Shown here: piece after piece, positions 10,857-23,855 of the stretch
Layout of the letters: every line of letters starts with the position of its first letter
Position numbering within the stretch: the first letter of the stretch is position 1
Sequence record: LC537471.1
Strand: one strand, 5' to 3'
DNA: 32,000 nucleotides
Notes under the pieces: generated by a model
Told to the model about the DNA's origin: nothing
The model's database searches: none
The model's input: the letters and a program-made list of their open reading frames with translations, nothing else
Position numbers and translations under genes: made by a program

Positions 10857-13800
10857 TTAAAATGCTATACTATTTATATTTGAAGTCGGTGGGAAAGTTT
10901 TTGTTAATGGATCATATTTTTCAATTAAATTCACTTCAGTTTCATACGTCTGACTTGTATTGAATTGTTCAAGTCGATATGTACTCATATCTAAACCAAT
11001 TGAACGTAATTCTTGTAAAAGTACTTTAAATGATTCCGGAATCCCTGAAGTAGGAATTGGATGTCCTTTGACAATTGCATTTAAGGTTTCATTTCGACCT
11101 TCCATATCATCTGATTTAATTGTTAACAATTCTTTTAAGGTAAAAGCAGCTCCAAAACCCTCTAAGGCCCAAACTTCCATTTCACCAAATCTTTGACCAC
11201 CATGTTGCGCTTTACCACCCAATGGTTGTTGTGTAACTAAAGAATATGGACCCGTTGCTCGAGCATGCATCTTATCATCTACTAAATGAATTAATTTTAA
11301 CATGTAACCATTTCCAACTGTAATTGGGTTTTCAAACTCCTTACCTGTTCGCCCATCAATTAATACCATTTTTCCCGGTGAATATGGATTAAACAACCAA
11401 GCTTCATCTTTTTCAATTGATGCTTGTCTTAATTTCTTATTAATTAAAATTCGTGAAACTTCTGGTCCATACATTTCATCAAAAGGTAAAATTTTGAAAC
11501 GTCGATCTAACTTATGACCTGCTAATCCTAATAAACATTCATATAATTGCCCAACGTTCATACGTGATGGTACACCTAATGGATTTAGAATAATATCAAT
11601 TGGTGTGCCATCTGGTAAAAATGGCATATCTTGACGAGGAAGGATTCGCGAAATAATACCTTTATTTCCGTGACGACCGGCAATTTTATCACCAACTTGG
11701 ATTTTTCGAATTTGAGCAATAAAAATCTGAATTTTTTCAAATTTATAAGCTAACTTCGTTCGACGGTTAAATGTTAAAGTTTCAATAACACGACCATATT
11801 CACCTTCGGGCATTCGGTAAGAGGTATCGCGAACCCCTTTCGCTTTCGCTCCAAAAATTGCTCGTAAAAGCTTCGCTTCTGGAAGTTGTTCCGAATCATC
11901 CTTTTCAATTACTTTTCCAACTAAAATATCACCAGGTCGAACAAATGTCCCAATCGACACAATACCGTCATCATTTAAATGTTGAGTTTCCGAGAAATTT
12001 AAATTTGGAATATTTTTAGTTGTTTTTTCACAAACTTCTGCCGTTTGATCAATTTCAATTTCATAGCGTTCAATATGAATCGATGTAAAAACGTCTTCAT
12101 AAACTAAACGTTCATTAATTAAAATAGCATCCTCAAAGTTATAACCTTGCCATGGCATGTACGCTATTAAAACATTTTGACCTAATGCTAATTCACTAGC
12201 ATTAATACCCGGTCCATCTGTTAAAACTTGTCCAGAGAAAACCCGTTCACCTTTCCAAACAATAGGTCGGTGATTAATACATGTTTCTTGATTTGAACGT
12301 TGATACTTTTGAAGAGCATATTTATAGTCATTCCCATCATCTTGCTTAATCGTTATTTGATCCGCAGTTACAGATTGAACGATTCCGGATTTATGAGCAT
12401 TTAAAGTTGCACCAGAGTCAATCGCAATTTGATTTTCTAAACCTGTACCTACAATTGGCTTTTGCGGTAGAATTAATGGAACAGATTGTCGTTGCATATT
12501 AGAACCCATTAAAGCTCGGTTAGCATCATCATGTTCAAAGAATGGGATTAAAGATGCAGCAACAGATACAACTTGAACTGTTGAAATTGCAATAAAATCA
12601 ACTTCAAAAGGTGTAACTGTAATAAAATCTTGCTTGTACCGAACCGGAATTAAATTTTGGGTTAAATAATTTTGTTCATTTGTCGCAATATCTGCAGGCG
12701 CAATTTTATAAAAATCTTCAATATCTGCAGTCAAATAAATAGGCGTTCCAGTTTTTATAACTTTACCATTAATAACACGCCAGAAAGGAGTTTCAATAAA
12801 ACCAGATTTATTAACCCGAGCACATGTTGTTAATGACGCGATTAAACCTACGTTTTGTCCTTCAGGAGTTTCAATAGGACAAATTCGACCATAATGACTT
12901 GGATGAATATCCCGTACAGCAAAACTAATTCGATCACGGTCAAAACCACCTGGTCCTAAACCACTAATTCGACGACGATGAGTTAACGATGATAATGGAT
13001 TAGTTTGATCCATATATTGTGACAATTGACTTGACCCAAAGAACTCTCGAATTGTTGCTCCAACAATATTAAAACTTGAAAGTTGGCTAGACCCGACTTT
13101 ATTTGTTTGAGTACGAAGTTTTCTTAATAAACGTTGGAAACCAATTCTGAATAAATTTTGTAAAAGTTCACCAACTGAACGCACACGACGATTTTTTAAA
13201 TGGTCAATATCATCACCAATAGTTTTAGAAATTGATAACGTAATTAAAGAGTCAATAATAGCAAAAATATCGACATATGTAATCGTCTGAATTTGACTAT
13301 TTAATTTTAAATTTAAACGAGTATTAAGTTTTGACCGACCAATTTTTCCTAGTCGATAATAACGCGTATCAAAAATACGTGAAAATTCCGAAATATTTTT
13401 GAAATAGTCAGCTTTTAAATTAAAACGTAATAATGCTTGATCAGAAGTTACAGAATTTGTAATTAATGGTTTATTAAAATAAAAGAAATCAGAATGTTGT
13501 AAATTTTGAGAAATTTCAAAATCAGTCAAACCCATTTCTTTTAACAAATGAATAATCGGCTTAGACGTAAATTTATCTAATTGAATTACAACTTCATCTT
13601 CTTGGTTTTTAATTGGATACTTATATTTATTAATTTCTGTATTTTTTTGGAAACCAAAACGAATCCATGAACCAGATTCAGGAATTAAAATCGCTGTATA
13701 TAAATCTTTATCTTGATATTTTTGTTTATATGGATCCTGAATTTCATGTAAATCTTTATATTGAATAATCTCAGAACGAGATTTTAAATAATTTAATTTC

Positions 13801-15110
13801 TGGTGATTTTCGGAAACCTCTGAGTGATATTCAATAGAATCTATAGATTCTAAATTTTGTGTTGTCGAATTTAAAGAAATACTAACCGGAGAATCAGATG
13901 CAACTTTTAAATATTCGTTATCTTTTGCCTTTTTCTTTTTTTGTTTATATTTGAATAATTCTTTCAATGTCGTTGAAAAATAGAAAACAGGTTTTAAATG
14001 TTGCTGTTTTTTTTCTACAACTAAATTTTCTAACTTTTCAACAGTTGATGTCAGATTTTGATTTAAAAATGTAAAATAATTAATTTGTTGAACCTTTTTT
14101 TGATTGGCAATACAAACTATTAATAATTTTTGAATAACATTTAACTGTGTAAGTTCTTGATAATAATTTACTAATGGTTGCTGGTTAAGTTGTGTTAATG
14201 GGAATGTTTCAGTAGTTTTTAATTTTTCTGAATATGAAATTAACTTGTTTAGCCAAATTGAGTTAGAAGTAGAGGTTAACTTGGTATCTTTCTGTTTGAT
14301 AAGCTCATATTTAAGTAAAGATTTAATTACTTTATTCCATTCCAAAATTGAAGCTTTTAGATTTACCGGTGTTTTGTTTGTACTACCTTGATAATGTTTA
14401 TTTTTTATTTTTAGCCAATGTAAAAAGACTTTAATTCGTTCTAATTTTTTACTTTGATCAACTGTTTTTGAGATAATATGATAAAGTTTAAAAGAATCTA
14501 AAAAATAAAAATAAAACTCATTTTCACTTTTTTTTAATTCTGTAAAAGAATATTGAAATAAACTTTGGTTATACGCAGTTGGAAAAAATGAGAGGATTTG
14601 TTCAGAAATAAATGGCTCACCTAATGGAACAAATGACTTTAATTTATTAATATCACTTGAAAGATGACGCTTTACAACTCTTCGTTTTTTTTGATTCTTA
14701 TTTTTTTCAAAGTAAATTCCAGGGCTACGGATAATTTGACTTACAATTACTCGCTCACATCCATTAATAATGAATGTTGCTGAGGTAGTCATTAAGGGTA
14801 AATTTATGATCGGAAATTGATTATGGTAGCGAACAGTATTTAATTTTTTATTTCGAATTTCAAGAGGAATAACAAGTTGAGCAGCATAATTAGCAGTATA
14901 TTTTTTTGCTCGAACGATGTTATAAATTGGTTTAACTAAACTATACTCATGACCAAATAATACATATTCGGTATTATAACTAAAATCATGAATGCGTGAA
15001 AATAAGGCTAGTTCTTCCGTTAGACCTTGAGCGATAAACCAACAAAAACTTGCTCGTTGCATTTCGATAAAATCGGGTAGAGCAGTTATATAATTCATCG
15101 ATTGTTTCAT
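10857..15110 (-). CDS. rpoB: RNA polymerase beta subunit
   Basis: 1417-aa ORF. Conserved beta blocks are [71 protein letters not shown], and [25 protein letters not shown]. Confidence 0.96.
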   Translation of the reverse strand: MKQSMNYITALPDFIEMQRASFCWFIAQGLTEELALFSRIHDFSYNTEYVLFGHEYSLVKPIYNIVRAKKYTANYAAQLVIPLEIRNKKLNTVRYHNQFPIINLPLMTTSATFIINGCERVIVSQIIRSPGIYFEKNKNQKKRRVVKRHLSSDINKLKSFVPLGEPFISEQILSFFPTAYNQSLFQYSFTELKKSENEFYFYFLDSFKLYHIISKTVDQSKKLERIKVFLHWLKIKNKHYQGSTNKTPVNLKASILEWNKVIKSLLKYELIKQKDTKLTSTSNSIWLNKLISYSEKLKTTETFPLTQLNQQPLVNYYQELTQLNVIQKLLIVCIANQKKVQQINYFTFLNQNLTSTVEKLENLVVEKKQQHLKPVFYFSTTLKELFKYKQKKKKAKDNEYLKVASDSPVSISLNSTTQNLESIDSIEYHSEVSENHQKLNYLKSRSEIIQYKDLHEIQDPYKQKYQDKDLYTAILIPESGSWIRFGFQKNTEINKYKYPIKNQEDEVVIQLDKFTSKPIIHLLKEMGLTDFEISQNLQHSDFFYFNKPLITNSVTSDQALLRFNLKADYFKNISEFSRIFDTRYYRLGKIGRSKLNTRLNLKLNSQIQTITYVDIFAIIDSLITLSISKTIGDDIDHLKNRRVRSVGELLQNLFRIGFQRLLRKLRTQTNKVGSSQLSSFNIVGATIREFFGSSQLSQYMDQTNPLSSLTHRRRISGLGPGGFDRDRISFAVRDIHPSHYGRICPIETPEGQNVGLIASLTTCARVNKSGFIETPFWRVINGKVIKTGTPIYLTADIEDFYKIAPADIATNEQNYLTQNLIPVRYKQDFITVTPFEVDFIAISTVQVVSVAASLIPFFEHDDANRALMGSNMQRQSVPLILPQKPIVGTGLENQIAIDSGATLNAHKSGIVQSVTADQITIKQDDGNDYKYALQKYQRSNQETCINHRPIVWKGERVFSGQVLTDGPGINASELALGQNVLIAYMPWQGYNFEDAILINERLVYEDVFTSIHIERYEIEIDQTAEVCEKTTKNIPNLNFSETQHLNDDGIVSIGTFVRPGDILVGKVIEKDDSEQLPEAKLLRAIFGAKAKGVRDTSYRMPEGEYGRVIETLTFNRRTKLAYKFEKIQIFIAQIRKIQVGDKIAGRHGNKGIISRILPRQDMPFLPDGTPIDIILNPLGVPSRMNVGQLYECLLGLAGHKLDRRFKILPFDEMYGPEVSRILINKKLRQASIEKDEAWLFNPYSPGKMVLIDGRTGKEFENPITVGNGYMLKLIHLVDDKMHARATGPYSLVTQQPLGGKAQHGGQRFGEMEVWALEGFGAAFTLKELLTIKSDDMEGRNETLNAIVKGHPIPTSGIPESFKVLLQELRSIGLDMSTYRLEQFNTSQTYETEVNLIEKYDPLTKTFPPTSNINSIAF

Positions 15111-15212
15111 AATCTTTGCGAATAATTATTTTTAAATTTTTATAGAAATATTAGAACTTTTATTTTAAGAAAAGTAAAAATTCTGTCTTTAAATTTTCTT
15201 AAACTAAAAGTT

Positions 15213-15238
15213 CATGTGATTTTTAAAAATTTCACATG
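15213..15238 (-). terminator. 3' stem-loop abutting the rps20 stop codon
   Basis: CATGTGA (15213-15219) / TCACATG (15232-15238) enclose a self-complementary TTTTTAAAAA core, immediately downstream of the rps20 stop. Confidence 0.4.
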
Positions 15239-15520
15239 TTATGCAGCTTTAAAAGATAACGCTAACTGTGATTTTTTACGAGCGGCAGTATTTTTATGGA
15301 AAACATTTCGTTTTGTACCTTTATCAATTAAACTATAAACTGAATTTAATAGCTTTTGAGCAGCCTTTTTATTTTCAGGTGTTTTGTCCACTTTATATGC
15401 TTCTAAACTACTTAAAAACATTTTTGTTAAAGTACGTACTGATGTTTTGTAGAAACGATTTTGTAAACGGTTTCGTTTAGTAATTAAAATACGTTTTTTT
15501 GCAGATTTGTTATTAGCCAT
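15239..15520 (-). CDS. rps20: 30S ribosomal protein S20
   Basis: 93-aa basic ORF. MANNKSAKKRILITKRNRLQNRFYKTSVRT... is typical of S20. Confidence 0.9.
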   Translation of the reverse strand: MANNKSAKKRILITKRNRLQNRFYKTSVRTLTKMFLSSLEAYKVDKTPENKKAAQKLLNSVYSLIDKGTKRNVFHKNTAARKKSQLALSFKAA

Positions 15521-15727
15521 AATTATTGATAAATCCTATGATTTTATAATGAAATATTTGCATTTACTCAAATATTAATATATTCATTATAAAATTGGAA
15601 GTTTTTCGAGTAAAAAAAATTTATCTTATGAAAGTTTTTATAAAACCTTGATAAGATAAAATTTTTTAGGTAGTGTAATCATAATATAAATAGCGTTAAA
15701 AATTAATTAAATTTAGAAAAAATCTTT

Positions 15728-15922
15728 ATGGCAAAAAATAAAGGTACTCGTATTCTAATCACATTAGAATGTACAGAATGTAGCTCAAATACAAATAAAC
15801 GTTCAGCTGGTGTATCTCGTTATACTACACAAAAAAATCGTCGAAATAATCCAGAACGAATTGAATTAAAAAAATATTGCCGCCACTGTAACAAACCTAC
15901 TATTCACAAAGAAATTAAATAA
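15728..15922 (+). CDS. rpl33: 50S ribosomal protein L33
   Basis: 64-aa ORF with the CTEC...CRHC zinc-ribbon pattern and the [20 protein letters not shown] block. Confidence 0.92.
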   Translation: MAKNKGTRILITLECTECSSNTNKRSAGVSRYTTQKNRRNNPERIELKKYCRHCNKPTIHKEIK

Positions 15923-15925
15923 TCT

Positions 15926-16144
15926 ATGTTAACACAAAAACAAAAATTATCACCATTAAGCTTAAATCAAAAAATTGATTATAAAGATATTGATTTATTA
16001 AAATTATTTATTACAGAACAAGGTAAAATTTTACCACGTCGTGCTACTGGCGTAACTGTACAACAACAACGTCAAATTGCTAAAGCCATTAAACGCGCAA
16101 GATCATTATCTTTATTACCGTTTGTAGCAGAAAATTCTATTTAA
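15926..16144 (+). CDS. rps18: 30S ribosomal protein S18
   Basis: 72-aa ORF starting 3 nt after rpl33. The [26 protein letters not shown] and [13 protein letters not shown] blocks are typical of S18. Confidence 0.92.
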   Translation: MLTQKQKLSPLSLNQKIDYKDIDLLKLFITEQGKILPRRATGVTVQQQRQIAKAIKRARSLSLLPFVAENSI

Positions 16145-16284
16145 AATATTTTATATTTTAAATAGAAGAGAAATATTTTAAAAACAATATATAATATTAT
16201 TCTGAAAACTCATGATTACTTAATATGTTTTTAGAAACTATTTTTTATTTTTTATGAGAGTTTCATAGATTTTCGTCTCCCCAA

Positions 16285-16289
16285 AGGAG
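16285..16289 (+). promoter_or_regulatory. Shine-Dalgarno AGGAG for psaA
   Basis: AGGAG lies 7 nt upstream of the psaA ATG (16297). GGAGA (16286-16290) can pair with TCTCC (16276-16280). Confidence 0.55.
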
Positions 16290-16296
16290 AAAGTCA

Positions 16297-18555
16297 ATGG
16301 CAATAAGCTCAACGGAGCGTCGTACAAAAAATGTACAAATTTTTGTAGAAAAAGACGCTGTGGAAACTAGTTTTGAAAAATGGGCCCAACCCGGACATTT
16401 TTCACGAACGTTAGCTAAAGGTCCAAAAACAACAACTTGGATTTGGAACTTACATGCAGATGCACATGATTTTGACAGTCAAACAACTTCATTAGAAGAA
16501 GTTTCACGTAAGATTTTCAGTGCACATTTCGGCCAATTAGCTGCAATTTTCTTATGGATTAGTGGTATGCACTTCCACGGTGCATATTTCTCAAATTATT
16601 CTGCGTGGTTATCTGACCCAATCGGAATTAAACAAAGTTCACAAGTTGTTTGGCCAATTGTTGGTCAAGAAATTTTAAACGCCGATGTAGGTGGTAACTT
16701 CCAAGGTGTACAAACAACATCTGGTTGGTTCCAAATGTGGCGTGCAGAAGGTATTACTAGTGAAGTAGAATTATACTGGATTGCTATTGGTGGTTTAATC
16801 ATGTCAGCATTAATGTTATTTGCTGGTTGGTTCCACTATCACAAAGCAGCACCAAAATTAGAATGGTTCCAAAATGCAGAATCAATGATGAACCACCATT
16901 TAGCTGGTTTATTAGGTTTAGGCTGTTTATCATGGTCTGGTCACCAAATTCACATTGCGTTACCAATTAATAAATTATTAGATGCTGGTGTATCACCACA
17001 AGAAATCCCATTACCACACGAATTCTTAATTAACCGTGAATTAATGGCACAATTATACCCAAGCTTTGGAAAAGGTTTAGCACCATTCTTTAGTGGTCAC
17101 TGGGGTGAGTATTCTGATTTCTTAACATTTAAAGGTGGTTTAAACCCAGTAACTGGTGGCTTATGGTTAAGTGACATTGCTCACCACCACTTAGCATTAT
17201 CAGTATTATTTATTGTTGCAGGTCACATGTACCGTACTAATTGGGGTATCGGTCACAGTATGAAAGAAATTTTAGAAGCACATAAAGGTCCTTTCACAGG
17301 TGAAGGTCACAAAGGCTTATACGAAATTTTAACAACTTCATGGCACGCGCAATTAGCTATTAACTTAGCAATGATGGGTTCATTAAGTATTATTGTGGCA
17401 CACCACATGTACGCAATGCCTCCATATCCATATATTGCAACAGATTACGCAACACAATTATCATTATTCACACATCACATGTGGATTGGTGGTTTCTGTG
17501 TAACTGGTGGTGCAGCTCACGGTGCTATCTTTATGGTTCGTGATTACACTCCAGCAAACAACTACAACAACTTATTAGATCGTGTATTACGTCACCGTGA
17601 CGCAATTATTTCACATTTAAATTGGGTTTGTATTTTCTTAGGTTGTCACGCATTTGGATTCTACATCCACAATGATACAATGCGTGCATTAGGTCGCCCA
17701 CAAGATATGTTCTCTGATAAAGCGATTCAATTACAACCAATCTTTGCTCAATGGATTCAAAATATTCATTTATTAGCACCTGGTACAACAGCACCAAATG
17801 CATTAGCAACAACAAGTTACGCATTCGGTGGTGATGTTGTAGAAGTAGGTGGTAAAATTGCAATGATGCCTATTAAATTAGGTACAGCTGATTTCATGGT
17901 ACACCACATCCATGCATTTACTATTCACGTAACTGTATTAATTTTATTAAAAGGTGTGTTATACGCACGTAGTTCAAAATTAATTCCGGATAAAGCAAAC
18001 TTAGGTTTCCGATTCCCTTGTGATGGTCCAGGTCGTGGTGGTACATGTCAAAGTTCTAGTTGGGATCACGTATTCTTAGGTTTATTCTGGATGTACAACT
18101 CAATTTCAGTAGTAATCTTCCACTTCAGTTGGAAAATGCAATCTGATGTATGGGGTACTGTAACACCTGATGGTAGTATTTCTCACATTACTGGTGGTAA
18201 CTTTGCACAAAGTTCAATCACAATTAATGGGTGGTTACGTGATTTCTTATGGTCACAAGCTTCTCAAGTAATTCAATCATATGGTTCAGCATCGTCTGCT
18301 TATGGTTTAATTTTCTTAGGTGCTCACTTCATTTGGGCATTTAGTTTAATGTTCTTATTCAGTGGTCGTGGTTACTGGCAAGAACTTATCGAATCAATTG
18401 TATGGGCGCACAATAAATTAAACTTTGCTCCAGCAATTCAACCACGTGCTTTAAGTATTACACAAGGTCGTGCTGTAGGTTTAGCTCACTACTTATTAGG
18501 TGGTATTGGTACTACATGGGCGTTCTTCTTAGCACGTTCATTATCAATCACATAA
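16297..18555 (+). CDS. psaA: Photosystem I P700 apoprotein A1
   Basis: 752-aa ORF with canonical PsaA sequence throughout, including the FX-cluster loop [12 protein letters not shown]. Confidence 0.99.
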   Translation: MAISSTERRTKNVQIFVEKDAVETSFEKWAQPGHFSRTLAKGPKTTTWIWNLHADAHDFDSQTTSLEEVSRKIFSAHFGQLAAIFLWISGMHFHGAYFSNYSAWLSDPIGIKQSSQVVWPIVGQEILNADVGGNFQGVQTTSGWFQMWRAEGITSEVELYWIAIGGLIMSALMLFAGWFHYHKAAPKLEWFQNAESMMNHHLAGLLGLGCLSWSGHQIHIALPINKLLDAGVSPQEIPLPHEFLINRELMAQLYPSFGKGLAPFFSGHWGEYSDFLTFKGGLNPVTGGLWLSDIAHHHLALSVLFIVAGHMYRTNWGIGHSMKEILEAHKGPFTGEGHKGLYEILTTSWHAQLAINLAMMGSLSIIVAHHMYAMPPYPYIATDYATQLSLFTHHMWIGGFCVTGGAAHGAIFMVRDYTPANNYNNLLDRVLRHRDAIISHLNWVCIFLGCHAFGFYIHNDTMRALGRPQDMFSDKAIQLQPIFAQWIQNIHLLAPGTTAPNALATTSYAFGGDVVEVGGKIAMMPIKLGTADFMVHHIHAFTIHVTVLILLKGVLYARSSKLIPDKANLGFRFPCDGPGRGGTCQSSSWDHVFLGLFWMYNSISVVIFHFSWKMQSDVWGTVTPDGSISHITGGNFAQSSITINGWLRDFLWSQASQVIQSYGSASSAYGLIFLGAHFIWAFSLMFLFSGRGYWQELIESIVWAHNKLNFAPAIQPRALSITQGRAVGLAHYLLGGIGTTWAFFLARSLSIT

Positions 18556-18624
18556 TTGTAAAACTTTTAGACAATTTGAAAATTATTCACAACTATAAAT
18601 TATATAAAAAGGCATCTGAAGATT

Positions 18625-20826
18625 ATGGCAACTAAATTTCCAAAGTTTAGCCAAGCCCTTGCACAAGATCCAGCAACTCGACGAATTTGGTATGGTATAG
18701 CGACCGCTCATGATTTAGAAGCTCATGATGGTATGACAGAAGAAAATTTATATCAAAAAATCTTCGCGTCACATTTCGGTCATTTAGCTATTATTTTCCT
18801 TTGGACAGCTGGAAACCTATTCCATGTAGCATGGCAAGGAAACTTCGAACAATGGGTAGCAAAACCATTAAAAACAAAACCAATTGCACATTCAATTTGG
18901 GATCCACACTTTGGTGAATCAGCATTAAAAGCTTTTAGTAAAGGTAATACATACCCAGTAAATATTGCATTTTCTGGTGTTTACCAATGGTGGTACACAA
19001 TTGGTTTCCGTACAAACCAAGAACTTTATGCAGGTTCTATTGGTTTATTAGCTTTATCATGTGTATTATTATTTGCGGGTTGGTTACACTTACAACCAAA
19101 ATTCCGCCCAAGTTTATCTTGGTTTAAAAATAATGAGTCACGTTTAAACCATCACTTATCAGGTTTATTAGGTGTAAGTTCATTAGCTTGGACTGGACAT
19201 ATTGTTCACGTTGCAATTCCAGCATCACGTGGTGTACACGTAGGTTGGGATAACTTCTTAACAACTCCTCCACACCCAGCTGGTTTAACACCATTCTTCA
19301 CTGGTAACTGGACAGTTTATGCAGAAAACCCAGATAGTGCTTCACACGTATATGGTACAAGTGAAGGTGCAGGTACTGCAATTTTAACTTTCTTAGGTGG
19401 TTTCCATCCACAAACTCAATCATTATGGTTAAGTGATATTGCTCATCACCAATTAGCAATTGCTGTAGTATTTATTATTGCAGGTCATATGTACCGTACA
19501 AACTTTGGTATTGGTCACAATATGAAAGAAATTTTAGATGCTCACCGTCCTCCAGGTGGTCGTTTAGGTGCAGGTCACGTTGGGTTATTTGAAACAATTA
19601 CTAACTCATTACATATGCAGTTAGGTTTAGCGTTAGCATCATTAGGTGTAGCTACTTCTTTAACAGCTCAACATATGTATGCATTAACACCATATGCATA
19701 TTTATCAAAAGATTTCACTACTGAAGCAGCTTTATATACACATCACCAATATATTGCTGGTTTCTTAATGGTTGGTGCTTTTGCTCACGGTGCAATTTTC
19801 TTTGTTCGTGATTATGATCCAGAATTAAATAAAAATAATGTTTTAGCTCGTATGTTAGAGCACAAAGAAGCAATTATTTCACATTTAAGTTGGGCATCAT
19901 TATTCTTAGGTTTCCACACATTAGGTTTATATATCCACAACGATACTGTAGTTGCTTTTGGTCAACCAGAAAAACAAATTTTATTTGAACCAGTATTTGC
20001 TGAATATATTCAAGCAGCATCTGGTAAAGCTGTATACCAATTTAACGTATTATTATCATCACCAACAAGTCCTGCAACAGTAGCAGGTAATCAAGTTTGG
20101 TTACCAGGTTGGTTAGATGCAATTAATAACCCTAAGAATGATTTATTCTTAAAAATTGGTCCAGGTGATTTCTTAGTACACCACGCAATTGCGTTAGGTT
20201 TACATGTAACTGCATTAATTTTAGTTAAAGGTGCATTAGATGCACGTGGTTCAAAATTAATGCCAGATAAGAAAGACTTCGGTTACAGTTTCCCTTGTGA
20301 TGGTCCAGGCCGTGGTGGTACTTGTGACATTTCAGCATGGGATGCTTTCTATTTAGCTATGTTCTGGATGTTAAACACAATTGGTTGGGTAACATTCTAC
20401 TGGCACTGGAAACACATGACAATTTGGGGTGGTAACCCTGGTCAGTTTGATGAATCATCAAACTACATTATGGGTTGGTTACGTGATTACTTATGGTTAA
20501 ACTCATCACCATTAATTAATGGTTATAACCCATTTGGTATGAACAACTTATCAGTATGGTCATGGATGTTCTTATTCGGTCATTTAATCTGGGCAACAGG
20601 TTTCATGTTCTTAATTTCATGGCGTGGTTACTGGCAAGAATTAATCGAAACATTAGTATGGGCTCATGAACGTACTCCGTTAGCAAACTTAATTCGTTGG
20701 CGTGATAAACCTGTAGCGTTATCAATTGTTCAAGCTCGTTTAGTTGGTTTAGCTCACTTCTCAGTAGGTTATATTTTAACATATGCAGCTTTTGTAATTG
20801 CATCAACTTCAGGTAAATTTGGTTAA
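18625..20826 (+). CDS. psaB: Photosystem I P700 apoprotein A2
   Basis: 733-aa [33 protein letters not shown]... is the canonical PsaB N-terminus, and the [12 protein letters not shown] motif is present. Confidence 0.99.
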   Translation: MATKFPKFSQALAQDPATRRIWYGIATAHDLEAHDGMTEENLYQKIFASHFGHLAIIFLWTAGNLFHVAWQGNFEQWVAKPLKTKPIAHSIWDPHFGESALKAFSKGNTYPVNIAFSGVYQWWYTIGFRTNQELYAGSIGLLALSCVLLFAGWLHLQPKFRPSLSWFKNNESRLNHHLSGLLGVSSLAWTGHIVHVAIPASRGVHVGWDNFLTTPPHPAGLTPFFTGNWTVYAENPDSASHVYGTSEGAGTAILTFLGGFHPQTQSLWLSDIAHHQLAIAVVFIIAGHMYRTNFGIGHNMKEILDAHRPPGGRLGAGHVGLFETITNSLHMQLGLALASLGVATSLTAQHMYALTPYAYLSKDFTTEAALYTHHQYIAGFLMVGAFAHGAIFFVRDYDPELNKNNVLARMLEHKEAIISHLSWASLFLGFHTLGLYIHNDTVVAFGQPEKQILFEPVFAEYIQAASGKAVYQFNVLLSSPTSPATVAGNQVWLPGWLDAINNPKNDLFLKIGPGDFLVHHAIALGLHVTALILVKGALDARGSKLMPDKKDFGYSFPCDGPGRGGTCDISAWDAFYLAMFWMLNTIGWVTFYWHWKHMTIWGGNPGQFDESSNYIMGWLRDYLWLNSSPLINGYNPFGMNNLSVWSWMFLFGHLIWATGFMFLISWRGYWQELIETLVWAHERTPLANLIRWRDKPVALSIVQARLVGLAHFSVGYILTYAAFVIASTSGKFG

Positions 20827-20888
20827 TTTTTAAATTATACAATTTAGTAATAAGTATTTATTTATTACTAAATTGTATAATTTAAAAA
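20827..20888 (+). terminator. Long perfect 3' stem-loop immediately after the psaB stop
   Basis: 27 consecutive Watson-Crick pairs (20827-20853 with 20862-20888) and an 8-nt loop GTATTTAT. It starts at the base after the TAA stop. Confidence 0.65.
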
Positions 20889-21001
20889 AGCACCTTAGAT
20901 GCCAAAATAACTTTTTCTAATATATTGATTTTTCTGATCTTTCAACGTAATATTAATTTAGTAGTTATTAATGGGAATCATTAAATTAATTATTAAAATA
21001 T

Positions 21002-21073
21002 GCTGGTGTAGCTCAACGGTAGAGCAACGGATTTGTAATCCGTAGGTTGGGGGTTCAAATCCCTTCACCAGCT
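21002..21073 (+). tRNA. trnT: tRNA-Thr (anticodon UGU)
   Basis: GCTGGTG TA GCTC AACGGTA GAGC A ACGGA-TTTGTAA-TCCGT AGGTT GGGGG-TTCAAAT-CCCTT CACCAGC T. Confidence 0.9.
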
Positions 21074-21202
21074 AAAACATGACGAACTTAACCAAATCTA
21101 AAAATATTCGAAATTTAAAATATGAGTTATAATGAGTTTAAAAATTATCAAAGATGAATAAATAAGTAAAATTTTTATTTTTAAAATTTAAAGGAAATTT
21201 TT

Positions 21203-21733
21203 ATGGGAAATTTTATTGATAAAACGTTCACAGTAATTGCAGACATTTTATTAAAAGTTTTACCTGCGAGTAAACAAGAAAAACAAGCATTTTCATATTA
21301 CCGAGCTGGTATGGCAGCACAGTCAAATGGTAAATATGCAGAAGCTTTAGAGAATTATTATGAAGCATTACAAGTGGAAGAGGATCCATATGATCGAAGT
21401 TATACTTTATATAATATTGGCTTAATTTATGGAAACATTGGAAATAATTCACAAGCTTTAGAATATTACCATCAAGCTTTAGAACTAAATTCAAACTTAC
21501 CTCAAGCGTTAAATAATATTGCTGTGATTTATCATTCTTCCGGTCTAAATACATTAACTATGATCAATGAAGAGATTGATGATATTCAACAAGCAGAATA
21601 TCGTGCTTTAGCAACAGAATTTTTTGATAAAGCTGGAGAATATTGGCGACAAGCCTTAAAATTAGCTCCTGATAACTACCCAGGAGCGCGAAACTGGTTG
21701 AAAGTTAGTGGTCGATTATTCGAAGAGAATTAA
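21203..21733 (+). CDS. ycf3: Photosystem I assembly protein Ycf3 (TPR protein)
   Basis: 176-aa uninterrupted [22 protein letters not shown]..., [25 protein letters not shown] and [24 protein letters not shown] are TPR repeats typical of Ycf3. Confidence 0.92.
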   Translation: MGNFIDKTFTVIADILLKVLPASKQEKQAFSYYRAGMAAQSNGKYAEALENYYEALQVEEDPYDRSYTLYNIGLIYGNIGNNSQALEYYHQALELNSNLPQALNNIAVIYHSSGLNTLTMINEEIDDIQQAEYRALATEFFDKAGEYWRQALKLAPDNYPGARNWLKVSGRLFEEN

Positions 21734-21746
21734 CTGTGTTAATTTT

Positions 21747-21782
21747 TAATGATTAGAATATTTTATTCAAGAATAATCATTA
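21747..21782 (+). terminator. 3' stem-loop downstream of ycf3
   Basis: TAATGATTA (21747-21755) / TAATCATTA (21774-21782) form 9 bp, with an inner GAAT/ATTC 4-bp helix. It lies 13 nt past the ycf3 stop. Confidence 0.4.
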
Positions 21783-21890
21783 TTTTGTTGTACAATAATA
21801 CATAGTTAATAAGTTTTAAATTTGCTAAGTCGTTACTAACTTAAGCAAATTTCGAAAGTATATTTATTCTTAAATATTTAAATATGTTAA

Positions 21891-23323
<1,433 letters not shown>

Positions 23324-23324
<1 letters not shown>

Positions 23325-23328
23325 GGAG
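23324..23328 (+). promoter_or_regulatory. Shine-Dalgarno AGGAG for atpE, overlapping the atpB stop codon
   Basis: TAAGGAG: the last base of the atpB TAA is the first base of AGGAG. It lies 10 nt upstream of the atpE ATG (23339). Confidence 0.55.
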
Positions 23329-23338
23329 TATTAATTTT

Positions 23339-23740
23339 ATGGTTCTAAATATTCGCGTACTTACTCCAGATAGAGTAATCTGTTCAACAACAGCAGATGA
23401 AGTTGTATTACCTGGTTTAACAGGTCAAGTAGGTGTATTAGATGGACACGCTGCTTTAATTACAGCTTTAGATACAGGTTTACTAAGAATCAAACTTGAT
23501 AACAAATGGACGCCCATTATTTTATGTGGTGGTTTAGCGGAAATTGACCGTAATCGAGTTACAGTTTTAGTAAATGATGTAGAAGAACTTGAATCAATTG
23601 AATTAAGTGAAGCGACACAAGAACTAGAAAAAGCTACGGTAGCTGTAGAGACCGCAGAAACTAGTAAAGCAAAACTTGATGCTTCAATTGAATTAAAAAA
23701 AGCTACGGCTCGTGTTGAAGCTATCAATTATTTATCATAA
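23339..23740 (+). CDS. atpE: ATP synthase CF1 epsilon subunit
   Basis: 133-aa ORF directly after atpB. The N-terminal beta-sandwich block is LNIRVLTPDRVICSTTADEVVLPGLTGQVGVLDGHAALITALDTGLLRI. Confidence 0.93.
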   Translation: MVLNIRVLTPDRVICSTTADEVVLPGLTGQVGVLDGHAALITALDTGLLRIKLDNKWTPIILCGGLAEIDRNRVTVLVNDVEELESIELSEATQELEKATVAVETAETSKAKLDASIELKKATARVEAINYLS

Positions 23741-23744
23741 TAAT

Positions 23745-23783
23745 AAATATAAAACTAAATTATACTAATTTAGTTTTATATTT
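23745..23783 (+). terminator. 3' stem-loop downstream of atpE
   Basis: Perfect 18-bp inverted repeat AAATATAAAACTAAATTA (23745-23762) / TAATTTAGTTTTATATTT (23766-23783) with a 3-nt loop, 4 nt past the atpE stop. Confidence 0.6.
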
Positions 23784-23855
23784 TTCTAATCAATAAAAGA
23801 ATTGTTGATTAAAGTTTGAAAAATAACGTACTTTAACAAATCAAAATTCTAATAT

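Noticed and set aside
16286-16295. GGAGAAAGTC upstream of psaA resembles the RNase P RNA CR-I motif GAGGAAAGUCC, and rnpB is plastid-encoded in some red-lineage algae.
   Set aside because: It sits immediately before the psaA start codon and doubles as its SD. There is no room for a P RNA of 300 nt or more, and no CR-IV/CR-V counterpart is nearby.
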